The translations under genes were made by a program, and so were the position numbers. Shown piece after piece: positions 1 through 32,560 of a stretch of DNA of 64,000 nucleotides (within the stretch, counting starts at the first letter, position 1; each line of letters opens with the position of its first letter). The DNA lies in assembly GCA_002633005.1 (NCBI GenBank), contig NMRA01000220.1:337640-401639 (forward strand). The letters are read 5' to 3'. A model generated the notes under the pieces. The model saw only the letters and a program-made list of their open reading frames with translations, ran no database searches and was not told where the DNA came from. This DNA is from Phoronis australis (taxonomy: Eukaryota; Animalia; Phoronida).

Positions 1-2378
1 ATGACCTACTTATAACCATACCTTGAAAATTTAGGCCCCTGTGCTTCTTCACTATACCCGAGGCCTTTGGCTCGTTACCGGTGTCGCCTGATGAGACAGC
101 GTGTCCACTGGGCAACGCTAACTCTTGGTCGCATAGGACGCCAATTTCATGGTAATTCACACATTTTGCGCAAATTTATTTCTTGCCACATTTTGCCAAT
201 CAGTATTTTAACAAAACCCAAACTGTAAATTCAAGAGTGGTCAAAAAATTCGCAATAGATGCCTGGCGCGTTAGTGAATCTCTGCACTCTTAACGGCCCG
301 CAGTTTTTCGTGTGCACCCTAAGCTTTGAGTAGCCCAACGACACCTGGAATACTTTGAACATAGCCTACTGGGGCCCCGCACGTTGGACCCTCATTAGTA
401 CACATATTGAAAATCGGGCGGGGCCGCAACACAAACTTTCCAAATCGGGTTTCGCATCATCAGTGCTTCCATAGGCATAGAAATGACCGTTTCTTGTTTT
501 GGTGCCTCTAAAAATGCTGTGGGTGCAGGATCTCAAAAACTCGGGACCAATAGCATGTGCTACTTCTGCTACATTGTTCATCGGACACTGACTGTAACGC
601 GAGATAACGCGAAGTTGTTGCCATGCGGCGCATAGCTGGCCAGGGAAGATTTTATAGTTACCTAGGGATATAGTATCTTTGACACATCTACTTTTACCCA
701 ACCAGAACCGGTTATGTAATAAAGTGAATATCTTCCGAATGAGTCCGTGGAACAGTTTGTCCCATTTGGTGCGTCAGTTGCTCTGTTTTATAGCAATTAA
801 TAAGCCTCATTTCAGAAAATGTAGAAAATTCACGAATTAACAGTAATACAAAGTTCATGTTGCAGGTTAGGGCTCTTATTCAGACTGACCATGAATGTTA
901 TATAGATGTTGAGGAAGATTGTCCTCCGGCAAAATGAAGTCAGTCAAAGTACAAAAGCGTTAGCATGAATGCGAATGGCCTACAGCTTTAGATTTAGTAC
1001 CCCTTAGTACTAATGTACTTATTGTCCTCCTTTTGATGAAAAGATCGTCCTGGAAACAATTAGTGGTCGGATGGACTTGTACTTCAGGCCAATTGTTATA
1101 TAAGTTCTATTTATTAAAGCAATAATTCGCTCTTTATTCTAACAATAATTCTTCAGTCATAAAAAGCCAGGAATAGTTTCTGTTATAAACATTTATTACT
1201 GGAATAAATATTAATTACAGTAAAACTATTTATTTCAGTAATTATTCATGGTTTCTCGTTGACTAAAAAATATCACTGCAATAAGTCGAGAATTATTACA
1301 GTAATAAATCGGGCTTTTGTCGCACTTATGCTATGATAGACGTGTAGTTGCATCGTGCACAATTGATACCGCCGCTCTAGAACATTTCAACCAAAAGAGA
1401 GCGCTTCGATAGACCATTCAGGTCAATGCGTGGGCGGACAGACTGGCGGACCCAGTTGTATTTCTCGGTCCCTGTATTTTCATTTGATTAGCTTGACACT
1501 ATTGTAGTATGCGCTCGATATCTCGCCTAATCTGCTGCAAGCGTGAATTATGCGCCTAGACTTGCGTGTCTGGCGTGAAGCAAGATTAAAATTTAACGAT
1601 TGTTTCGCATGAGCGGCATTCAAAATTTAAGACCGACTGCAGAAAATAGATTCCAGCACTGGTTGTCAAAACGGTTTTTACTACTAGAAACGAGAAAATA
1701 AGCCTCGCTATGCACGCAGAAATACTGAACGCCTGGTTATTTCGTATCGTATATTGTAAACTGGTTAAGTGCAAATGACGTATCATTCCCGGGGAATTGT
1801 CGACACGGCTAATGTATGTCGGCGTTTTATGAATCGATGCAAGAAATGATGATAACCAATTTATGAATGAAATGTCACCTTATCAACGTCTCAAAATAAA
1901 TTTGTCAGACCAAGAAGCATGGCTGCTTTTAGACAATACATGACGCACGGTATTAAACCATAGCCTGGCTGTACAGCCTTTCTGTTTATAATCGGTTAAT
2001 TCTAGCAAAAATTGATTTTTCAATATTGTATCTTGAATCGTCGCCCTTTCGATCCCCATGTTAAGTCAACCCGGCACGTGCCCAGGAGTTGAGGCGAGTA
2101 TTGATTGGTTGGCGCTGTAAATTGATCCTGTTCACTTTATTATAATATGGCTCTCTCGTTCTGCGGTTCTGGATGGTGAAACAACTGTAGTTGGAACGTA
2201 CGAGATAAAACAATATTTTTCAATGCATATCCTCTAGGATTGTTCATGGAATATCCTAACAGTACCGTGTAAGGCAGGATTTACTTCAAGACGGCCAACG
2301 TATTGTCGGGGAAACAGAAGGGCGTTTCCTTGGATATCGATATTGTGGAGTAAAAAATTCACAGAATCAACGCTCAAA

Positions 2379-22782
<20,404 letters not shown>

Positions 22783-23225
22783 GTGTAGTGCACGGCAATT
22801 GTCAGACTGTCAGCGTTTAATGCAAATAATGCGATCAATTTGCCTGATGCACGTTGTATGGGACTCCTCTACGGCTTATGTCTTTGCAGTGGAGACTACC
22901 TCGACCTCCGGTCACCGCCGCGCTCGCGCGCGTGCTTAGGTGGCGATGATAGGCTGTACGCGCCGAGAGCTCTTCACTGAGGAGGCTAATTTTTTTAGTC
23001 TTTCCGATTAATGATAGTTCGCCTTAAGACTTCTGGGCGTATATGTTTATTAAATGTTTTAACTCAAGGTCGTTAAATGCTCCTTAGGTTTTTAGATGTA
23101 AATTTCCATTTGATAGACTGCATGGTAAGTGTGAACCGATGTTTTGTCTTCAGCTTCAATTATGTGTCGCGGTGCGTACCGAGGAAGCTTTCTTGCACGT
23201 TGTTTTGATCAGATGGGAGACTCGA

Positions 23226-23242
23226 TGGCCACTAGGTGGCGC
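23226..23242 (+). promoter_or_regulatory. Strong CTCF-like motif in the G alpha-o 3' region
   Basis: TGGCCACTAGGTGGCGC matches the bilaterian CTCF core consensus CCACYAGRKGGCRS. Confidence 0.5.
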
Positions 23243-24709
23243 TTATGAAGAAAGGAGCCTCTTTTGAGGTCTGAGTAGATTGAAGTCGGAAAGCAATCGC
23301 GGAATGAGGGTTCACGTCACTGTCTGAATCCTCGCGTGGTCGCTGTAATACGGTTATTTCACTTACGGCATACAGTGAATTGCATGCACTCATTCCGATA
23401 TGGTGTAAATTCAAGAGAACTCGGCAAGGTGTGATGTAGCAAGCGAACATAGATCTACAGTTACAATGTTGTTTTAACGAATATAGAGTTTGATGCATTG
23501 ATTAGCACTTCAGTTTTGTACAAATTTTCTCTTGGGAACTATTTATTTCTTTTGATTGCAGCGACAATAAGAAATTGTATGGTTAAATCTGTTATACCAG
23601 TACAGTGATTTGTCTTAGCAATGTGATAATGAGCAAACCTCTTGAAATTAACAATGATAGACCTTGAGAATCTGCCCGGGTCATGCAATATTTATTGTCA
23701 TTTAGACGATGTTCTCTCTTACGCGTGTAGGCCCTACTCATCAATAGTTTACTTGTTTTTTTGTTTCTTTTTTAATTTTTACACTTTTACTTGTCCACTG
23801 ATATTGATGTCCTTTTCTGGTCTCACTTCGACCAGAGTAAACGTGCTTGTTAGTTTTTACTAAGTGTCCCCTCACTTCAGGCACCACCGTGGTAGAAAGA
23901 CACAGAAGCCGGGAAACAAATCTGTCAGTGAGACTCTGTGTTTGTTTATTCGTTTTATAATAATCTGCACGTTTAGCATCTTCGTAGATTGGGCATTGCT
24001 CTGTCTGGAGTCAGAGTTGTTTTTTGAAAGCGTCTGCCGTGACGACCGCTACGGAAACGACTGTGCGAAGTTGCGGTCAGATGCCGATCTCTTGTGCGAT
24101 CTTCGTGGCTGTCAAAAGGGGGCAGTGCACTGCAGTCTGTAGTTTGTGCTCGGCAAGCCTTTCGCGTTGATCCCGTTTTCTCTGTGTATATAAAAGATAG
24201 AGATTGCTTACTGCCGTGAACGAACATGCGAGAATCACATAATGTATGAAGTAGCTGTGTTAGACGTTGGTTGTTACTAACAACTTACTGTTCGTATTAC
24301 TGTTGTTTCTTGTTCAACGTCGGCAATTGCTCAACCCAAATTCTGCGTCGCAGTCAGCCGTCCATTGCCGCAGTGCTTCCGTTTCGAGTGTTTACTCCTC
24401 GGTTATAACTTGTATTTATATGGAATTTTAATTTATGATTCGCCAAACTCGTAGAATAACGTGTCCGGTAGTTATTTAGTTCATCGAGGAGTAGATTACT
24501 TGCCTGCGAACTGCTCGTTTCGTTGAAAGTACTCTGTGGTTGGACTGGATTCTTTCGAAAAAAAATAACCAACATATTTTTGACATTGGCGCCAATCAAC
24601 TTGTCACTTTGTGGGAGGGTGGATTTCTTGTAATTGCTGTTCGTTGATTTTACAGAGGCAACAGTATTAATAATATAATAATTACTGTTCTGTGTTGTGC
24701 TCTTCATGA

Positions 24710-24715
24710 AATAAA
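24710..24715 (+). promoter_or_regulatory. Candidate polyadenylation signal of G alpha-o (about 1.9 kb 3' UTR)
   Basis: AATAAA after a long U-rich stretch and followed by GT/T-rich sequence (gttgttttc). Confidence 0.45.
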
Positions 24716-27700
24716 ATGTTAGTACTAAATCAAGTTGTTTTCACAATGCACAATGCGTGTCCAACGTCACCATCTGAAAAACAGGAGACTCTTTAGATTG
24801 TTTGACCCAGGATGGGTTTGGGAGTCCCAGCCATTCCGATTCAGTACCAGGGCACACATCACCAGTCGGCCTTATATGCTGATTTTGGCCATTCAGGTCC
24901 GGTGCAGATAGAGGCATGTTTGGGAAACACTGATTGAAAATGCTTCGGTCTTGAGACGGTTTGTCAGCAAAACAAAAATGGCCGAGTAAGGGTTTCCGGG
25001 TACCATACTTGCATACATATCACCAACCCTTATGATGATTTCTTATTGGCTCGACGATTGCGTCGTTAGAGAACATTTGAAATTCAACGGCCTTCTATTC
25101 GAATATAACGTCATACCGTTTCTTCGGATGTACGCATGTAGGGTTGTAATTTTCTTGGTTTTCTGCCTGTCAGACATCAGTAATGAGCAAAATGTTACTG
25201 TAACATGATGTCTATACAAAAGAAAATACATTACACAACAGTGGTGACATTATTACTGTGGCTGCACCGCCGTTCACCGGTCCTGTTGCGGCGGCAACCG
25301 GCTGAAAATACGTCATCGTGAACCATGCAGTCTTAGACCTCAACTGGAGTGCATTCACAGCGTTGACGCTGGAACCTTGCCACTCAAGTGACAACGCAAG
25401 ACTTCGCGAGATATGGCTCTGCAAGTGAGGTATATTACTCACGTCGTCCCCCGTTAACCCGGTGGATAAACCGGCGAAGTGAATCAAGAGCAACCCGGCT
25501 ACGATTTTAATCTTCATAAACGTAGAAACAAAACGAAACACTTGTTGACGTTCATATTCAAGTTCACATTAATACTTTTGTTTATGCCAAAATGTGAACG
25601 GGCTGTCAAGGTCATACTTATTTTAAAGCTGTACACCCGCGCTTGTTTTCGTCAAGGAAGTGAACTTTTGATGTGGACCACTTTTCTTTCTGAAATTGGT
25701 CTCGTACTCAGATTACTTAGCATGGAAATAACTGACAGTTTGTTTTTTTAAGGACCGTACTTGCCAACTTGTAATGCCTAGTCTCAAACAATGGGGTGCC
25801 GTCAAAGTTTTTTTGAAGCCCCTTAAGTCACCTTGGGGCTAGCGGTCTAAATCAAAACATAGGTATTTTCAGAGTGGTCAAGGGGGTCCGGAGCCCCCGT
25901 TTTCCCTTGATTGCAGTGATAACAAATCTAGAATTTTCAAATTGTTGACTCGGACCCTCCTTTTAACAAAAAATCCTTGATCCGACCCCCCATTTTAAAA
26001 TACCCTGGGCCTGGATCCGCGCCTGCAAAAGTAGTTTTTTGTGAGGGAGGGATGTTTATGATAGTGTGATCACGTGCGCTATCTCCCGAAGTCTTGCGTG
26101 TTCTTGAGAAAATTCTCGCCTCTACGGAACGCACGTCTGTTTAGGCAGGAAAGCTTCCTTACAAAGTCATGGATTAGTAAGTAATAAACGCGAGCTTCGA
26201 TTTTACTGCCCAAACTACGCATGTTTGGTATTATTGTTGGGTGGTAGGCCTATAGACTTCTTGAAGTGCTTTGACCAGAGCTATAAAACGACAATATCGG
26301 TTGTTTTATCTGTGAAACCATGGCCGGTGTCTTTTCTATTTAAGGTTATATAAGACTCTGGTGTAAATTATCCAACTGAAGTTTGGTAAAGTTCAGAACA
26401 TCACATTTCAATCGGACTCTAGTGTAACTTTCAGATTTTATACTTCACCCACGTATAATGTATTCTCCAACTGAAAGCGTTGTTGTTATAAAATGTGGCT
26501 ACTTTTGCATAAGGAGGTACACAAAGTAGGACTTCTTAAATTTTTCTGAAAAATTCAAATTGCATAACGAAATGATAATTTAGAAAACTTCAACACAATG
26601 AGAGACTGCATCTAGAACATTTATATCAAACTGATCAATCTAATCACGTTGATTTGCTATGAATGAGGCTTAATTGGCGAAATTTGTAGACATGGTCAAC
26701 GGTAATCCAATGGGGGGGGGGGTTCGTATAAAGTTACAAATCAAATTTTAAAAGCTAATCTATTTTCAGCAAATATGCAGTTACTGCGATAAAATTTATA
26801 GTTCTTCTAGATATTTGACTAAATACTGTCCTTCATAGCTTCTTAGGCTAAAAATACATGTACTTTCACATTTAACGCGTGGAGTTTGGTTCAGCGACAG
26901 CGCTTCCAGTGCCACTGCGCTCGGGTTACAGGGATTCGATTCCGTGCTATTGTTATTTCAGTTCTCGTTATTTTCATCGCCAAAAATGCCCCTGAAAGTC
27001 ACATTGTGTGATAACACGCCATTTCATTGGCCGAAACAACTGGGCAAATGTTTCAAATTCTGGGCAATGAGAAGACACGATTACATTGTATGTGTCAAGA
27101 GCGTTTACTGACGTAGGCGTGGAAATAGCCAATCAAAGTTTTACAGTCTCTAGTTGAGGCTGTGGAAAAATCTGTCAGATCTCGGCAAGTCTGTGCACGT
27201 GTATTCCATAGGTCAGGGCCCAGGGTCTAATCGTTGCACTCAAACTTGTACTTGAAATTATTTTTTACATTTTTCGCTAATGAGTCCGGGCGCTTATTGT
27301 TCTGTGCTCGAGTAGGACCTATATCACGATTCGTGCAAATGACTGTCACTTCTAGTGCAAGTTCGCACTAGACGATTAGATTCCACCTACAAACTGGCGA
27401 AAAAATCATAGATTTCAAGTAAAAACAAAGATTTTGAATTAAGACTCGAACTTAAAAACTTAAATGTTTGGGATCTAAATTGCTAACTAGGATTAGAGTC
27501 ATCAAGGTCAACTATATTACATACTTGGAAAATAATAGTCATCACTTACCTTGAGCTTGTACGCAAGCAGAACAAAAATGTTGAAAATAATCTCGAGTTC
27601 TATTCCCAGTACAAAGATTAGACCTCGCGCACATGTCAAGTTCAAAACCTCTCTACAGTCTCTGTCAATTCTAGCGAGAAAGGCAAAACCAAGCAAAATC

Positions 27701-28425
27701 ACACAAGTTAAAAGGCTTCGCCATGCGACAAAAAGACATTGTCTTCATCCTGCCTTGACTACGACCAAGATGCAATGTGAATAAGAAACTTGATGCGGTT
27801 ATATTATCCAGCATTTCATCCAAGAAGTGAACTTTAAACATGCACCTTACTCAGATCAAAAGTGATTTCTGAGTTTGCAGAGAACGACAGCTCGCCCGCC
27901 ATTCGTCGAAATATTTGTCCTATAAAATAACACGCTGTGACAAGCCAACTTGTAGAGTCTCATCTCAAGTAATAACGAGTTGTCAGTTCTTTATCCCTCA
28001 GTGAAATAATATTGGTTTTGTGATGCAAGGCGAGTATATAGCAGTTTTAACGAGTTCAGCACACAACTTTACCGAAATAAATGCCTGGCAAAACAAATCT
28101 GCAATAGATTTCAGTTTTATGTTTTACCCGCATTGGCGCATCGCTAGGTCAAGTTTTTTCTTAAGCTGAATTGACATGATGTCATACACCAGTTAGTTTA
28201 TCATCTGGCCTAAAGTGCGACCATGTAAAAATTGTGCAAAGCCTTCATTTCGTATTGGTCGAAATCACAACCACACCGTCCAGCGTTGCTAATATCTTAC
28301 ACCATGCGTGCGTTCTGTAACGCTAGGACCTAGCTAAAACCTAGTCAAAGTCACGTGTTTTCCTACACGGCAATATTGCACGTAATCTCGCGAAGTCTTC
28401 CCTTCTAATGATGTGTTGGCGTTAA

Positions 28426-29321
28426 AGGCGAAGGCAACCTTTTTTCATGTCATTTTTAGCAAAAAAAAAAGGTTCGTTGATGATCCCAGACATATTTTTC
28501 ATTTAATTACAGCTTTTTGTAATTTAAACAGTTACTCGTCGTTTACTTCTGAAGTGACGTTTTGGGAGGCAAGTATTTCGCGCCAATTTCTTTTCATATA
28601 GTCTGACTGTGAGAGCTACCTCTGCTGTGATTAGTCCGGTCGTCGTTTGCTTTTGTTTACGAGTCAGTCAACATGCCACCCTGTTGCTGCGAACCGAGAT
28701 GTACTCATTGTCGTCTCATGGACAGAGGAACAATTGTCCCACTTGCCCGAGTGTCCTGGCCGCGACACACTCCCACTCGATGGTGACTCGAACGCACAAA
28801 CTGCTTACACCCCGCCGTGTGACTCCCTCGCCACACACCAGGCTCCTTCTAAATAGCTCCATAATTTAGACAAGTCCTCAATAAACTTATCAAACTTTGG
28901 CTCACCGATTTATTCATTGGACGACGAACTGTCCTCTTCACTGGGTGTCAAACGGGGACTGTATTCACTCTCCGTCTACTCAACATCGCAGCAGGGCTGC
29001 TTACAGGCTCTGGGCGATAATGAGTACATCCCGGTACGCAGCATCAGTGTAGCATGTTGACTGACTGGTAAACAAAAGCGAACGACAACCAAACTTGTCA
29101 CAGCCGAGGTATAACAATGACTGACTCGGCAGCTCTCGCAGTCATACTTTATGAAAAGAAATTGGCGCGAAATTCTTGCCTCCCAAAACGTCATTTCCGG
29201 AGTAAAAGACGAATAATTAATTAAATTACGAAAAGCTGAAATTAAGTGAAAAATATGTCTGGGATAACCAAGCAACCTTATTTTTGCTAAAAAATGACAT
29301 GAAAAAAGGTTGCATTTCCCT
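28426..29321. mobile_element. TTAA-targeting (Kolobok-like) MITE with ~290-bp inverted arms
   Basis: TTAA|AGG...CCT|TTAA; 28426-28712 is the approximate reverse complement of 29015-29321. Confidence 0.85.
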
Positions 29322-29894
29322 TTAATGAAAGGGAGGCTTGTCTCTGGATAGTATATACAGAGCTTATCTCGGTCCCCGCAACATGACTTCGAAATAAGTA
29401 GCGCAATGAAAATCCAGATATTTAGTAATTTTATTCTCTTGAGCATTTTCGCTGAGCACAATCAAAAGGAAAACAAACAAATATAAAATGCTTAAAGATA
29501 TTGAGAGACGTCAAATTCATTCATACCCAATTAGTCTGTTCCAGGCAAATTGAAAACCATAAACCTTAACAAAAACATAATCGCAAAATTATCATCAACT
29601 AGTAAGCACGTTAACTCTAAGAAAACCATTACGGTATTTTAACAACGAAATTGTTGAACAAAAGTAGACATAAATTTGGCGTCATTTAAGGCAAAGGAAA
29701 ACAATAATAAAAAACATAGCAACAACGAAATATTAAAACACAACCAAGTAACTTAATGTACATAAATATTCGCAAACATTTAGATCTGACCGTTAGATAC
29801 CAGCAAGTATAAAGTATCCCGCACAAAGCACTATTTAATCTGATGGCACGGGCAGTTTTACAACCCTTTTGTGGTTTAGAACTGTAACACGTAA

Positions 29895-29970
29895 CATGGG
29901 CGGCACATCACTGAAAAAAGTGGGGGGGTTATAGCCCCCCCTCCCAGTCCCCTACGGTGCTCCGCCCATG
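29895..29970. mobile_element. About 80-bp MITE, CATGGGCGG family
   Basis: catgggcggc...ccgcccatg termini; shared gggg.tatagcccc core. Confidence 0.75.
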
Positions 29971-31267
29971 CATTAATATGGACAATTCTAAAGCCATTGC
30001 GGGAAAGAAGCTCACTATGTATGATTACAAAATGGCGGGGATATACCTTCGACGTACGCAGTGGGCGATAGAAAACCAGGCAACCGGCCTAACTGAAAAC
30101 AAAAGTCAGACGTCTTGACAGACTTACATGAGAAGAACTATCCTTCCTTTGGGAACACGAACTATTACAAAACAGTCACCACAATACTTAAAATTCGATT
30201 GGTGATTTACATCATGAAAGGATCAAGTACTTCCAAAATATCAGTAATGACAAACATTCCGCATATACATCTGCAGGTAAATTATGTACATTACACATAC
30301 CACGGTATTCGTCCGGACATGACTACATATGCTTGTAAAGGGGTCGAGAAACTACGAAAACAATGAGGATGAGGTGCTTAAAATGTGAGCCTGTAGCGAC
30401 ATTGAGCACAGGGTTTCTAGAAACCCGTGTGTCACGTTTAAGATCCACAAGGTAACATGCAATTAACCCGTTCAGTCGACATCTTACTTGATTTACGCTC
30501 TGTACTATCCTGCCTATAGCTACAGGAAAGCGAGAGAAGGAACAGATTGCATTGATTCGCCATGGTCGAAGACAAGATCTCGAACATAAATAAATATTTG
30601 AGGGTTCCGGACAGATACACTTATATATATGTACACAGGCATATCAGTCATACCAGACACTCAATTTGTATGTCATGTTTAATGTTCCAGACCCATATGT
30701 TTTTATTTGTTTTTTACCTGCATTCACTTCTGTTCTGCATTGCACTGCATTAAAAAGTTACTATCTTTATAAACAGTTACATTAATAAATAAATATTTTT
30801 ATATATGTATATCAATAAAAACTACTTTCCTAAACGTCAAACTTTCTCGGTAGGATGCTTATTGAACGCAGGACCACAGTTAACTCCACTCAGTCAGATT
30901 CTGTTACACTCAGGGGTAATCAAGAAGCTGCCACGCCATCTACCCTCCAGGCTAGGAACCAGCCAGTAACACTCTACTAGTGTTTTTTACAGCCCCTCTC
31001 GTGGCACGGTTTGTAGAAATGATTAGAACATGCCTATGAGCAATGAATATACATGATTATCTATTTCTAATAGTAAATCAACCACCATACCAAAAACATA
31101 TGCCAAAAGTCAGCCTACATACTAAGCCTATGGAAACCTTACTGCCAATAACAAAACATAGGACACATTTATGCCTGAACATCCCATGGACACCAGCTTA
31201 GTAGATCATGCACATGCTGAATGTTTCAATCAGATGCATCCCAACCAATTCATGCAGATTCGTGGTT

Positions 31268-32560
31268 TCACCAATCAGCAGCATGCATACTACAAGGGCA
31301 GGCTGTAGCCATCAGGACCTCCAAATCAGGTGTCATGACCGTTGCCCAGTTGGTAGGCAACTGGACATCATTGATGCACCGAAGCGCTGGTGCTCCTCTC
31401 TGCAACACCTCATATAGGCAGGGGATCACGTTTGGGGACACCAGATCTCCAGTCCATGGTTCTCTAGTGAAGCTGAATCTCTCCAGCTTGGGCAGATTAA
31501 CATACTTGAGAAAGAACCCCTTGCAACCAGACAGGTCTAGCTGTGTCAAGTTCTGATGGTTTATCTCGTACATGTCTGTGTTTTTGTAAGACAGCACACA
31601 GAAGGTTATAGACAGCTTCGTCAGACTTGACAGGCATTTACACATGTGGTTCAACCACCACTGCTGAAACTGAGCAAACATGAAGTAGTGTCGAAGATGG
31701 ACTTCTTCCAGACTTTTCAGTCGACAAAGAAAACGCAGTGACAACCTGCACCAGTCAAACGGTACATCTACTCGCTTCAGATGGGGAACTCTTTCAGAGA
31801 GTAGTTCGAGAAATCGGTGAAAATTATGACGCCGGTTCTCATGACGTTGAAAACACCTGTGGGCCTTGTTAAAGAGACAACAAAATCGATCGATACAGTG
31901 GGGTCGTTCCACAGTAGTAGTCCAGTCAATTTTGACATACGTTAGTTTGCCACATTTATTCGTAACAATAAGCCGTTTTAGCAGTTTGAACCAGGGTTCA
32001 CAGACAAACCCAATATCAAACACGGCCTGCACACTTTTCAAATGAGGCTTTGGGCCAGTTTTCAAGTAATCAACAAACTTGACCACTTTTTTACTGTAGG
32101 CCTTGTACCTGTTGTGAAACTCGGTCTCGTCGTTGCCACAGATATGATATTTGTCCGGAAACTGACTTGATCCAAATTGTGTCAGGTCTACATCACACCA
32201 CATAGAAGATGATCGAATCAGGCCATGCCAATCTTTACAAACCTGAGCTGCGATTCCTCGATCTCGAATCATCAAATTTTTAAATATCAGCAGCTTACAC
32301 TCAGGTGGCAAGTCATTGAAGTTGTTACACCTAGTTATGACATTGCATCGACTGTCTCTTGAGTGTCTTGATCTCTTGTACGCACAAAACATGTTATGTT
32401 TAGTTGTACAGCCACTTGTTGATCTGGGATTCAATTGTGTACATGTATGAAGGACTGACATGGTATCTTTCGATATTAGCCTAAGACTTCGTCTCCTTGT
32501 AACATCACCCCTTCTCTTACACATCTCAGTCTCTGATCTATTTCCTTTCCCTTCATCCAT
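31268..32560 (-). CDS. F-box protein with LRR-like C-terminal region, single coding exon (about 430 aa)
   Basis: Long uninterrupted ORF. F-box FNDLPPECKLLIFKNL...AAQVCKDWHGLIRSSSMWCDVDL; LxxLxL repeats (LKSLEEVHL, LSSLTKLSI, NLTQLDLSGC, LPKLERFSF). First ATG at 32560; an upstream ttttcag acceptor at 32594 implies a non-coding first exon (candidate donor at 33986). Confidence 0.88.
   Translation of the reverse strand: MDEGKGNRSETEMCKRRGDVTRRRSLRLISKDTMSVLHTCTQLNPRSTSGCTTKHNMFCAYKRSRHSRDSRCNVITRCNNFNDLPPECKLLIFKNLMIRDRGIAAQVCKDWHGLIRSSSMWCDVDLTQFGSSQFPDKYHICGNDETEFHNRYKAYSKKVVKFVDYLKTGPKPHLKSVQAVFDIGFVCEPWFKLLKRLIVTNKCGKLTYVKIDWTTTVERPHCIDRFCCLFNKAHRCFQRHENRRHNFHRFLELLSERVPHLKRVDVPFDWCRLSLRFLCRLKSLEEVHLRHYFMFAQFQQWWLNHMCKCLSSLTKLSITFCVLSYKNTDMYEINHQNLTQLDLSGCKGFFLKYVNLPKLERFSFTREPWTGDLVSPNVIPCLYEVLQRGAPALRCINDVQLPTNWATVMTPDLEVLMATACPCSMHAADW

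Noticed and set aside
26876-26947. tRNA gene (A-box-like TGGTTCAGCG and B-box-like GATTCGATTCC)
   Set aside because: No convincing cloverleaf or acceptor stem; at most a decayed SINE head
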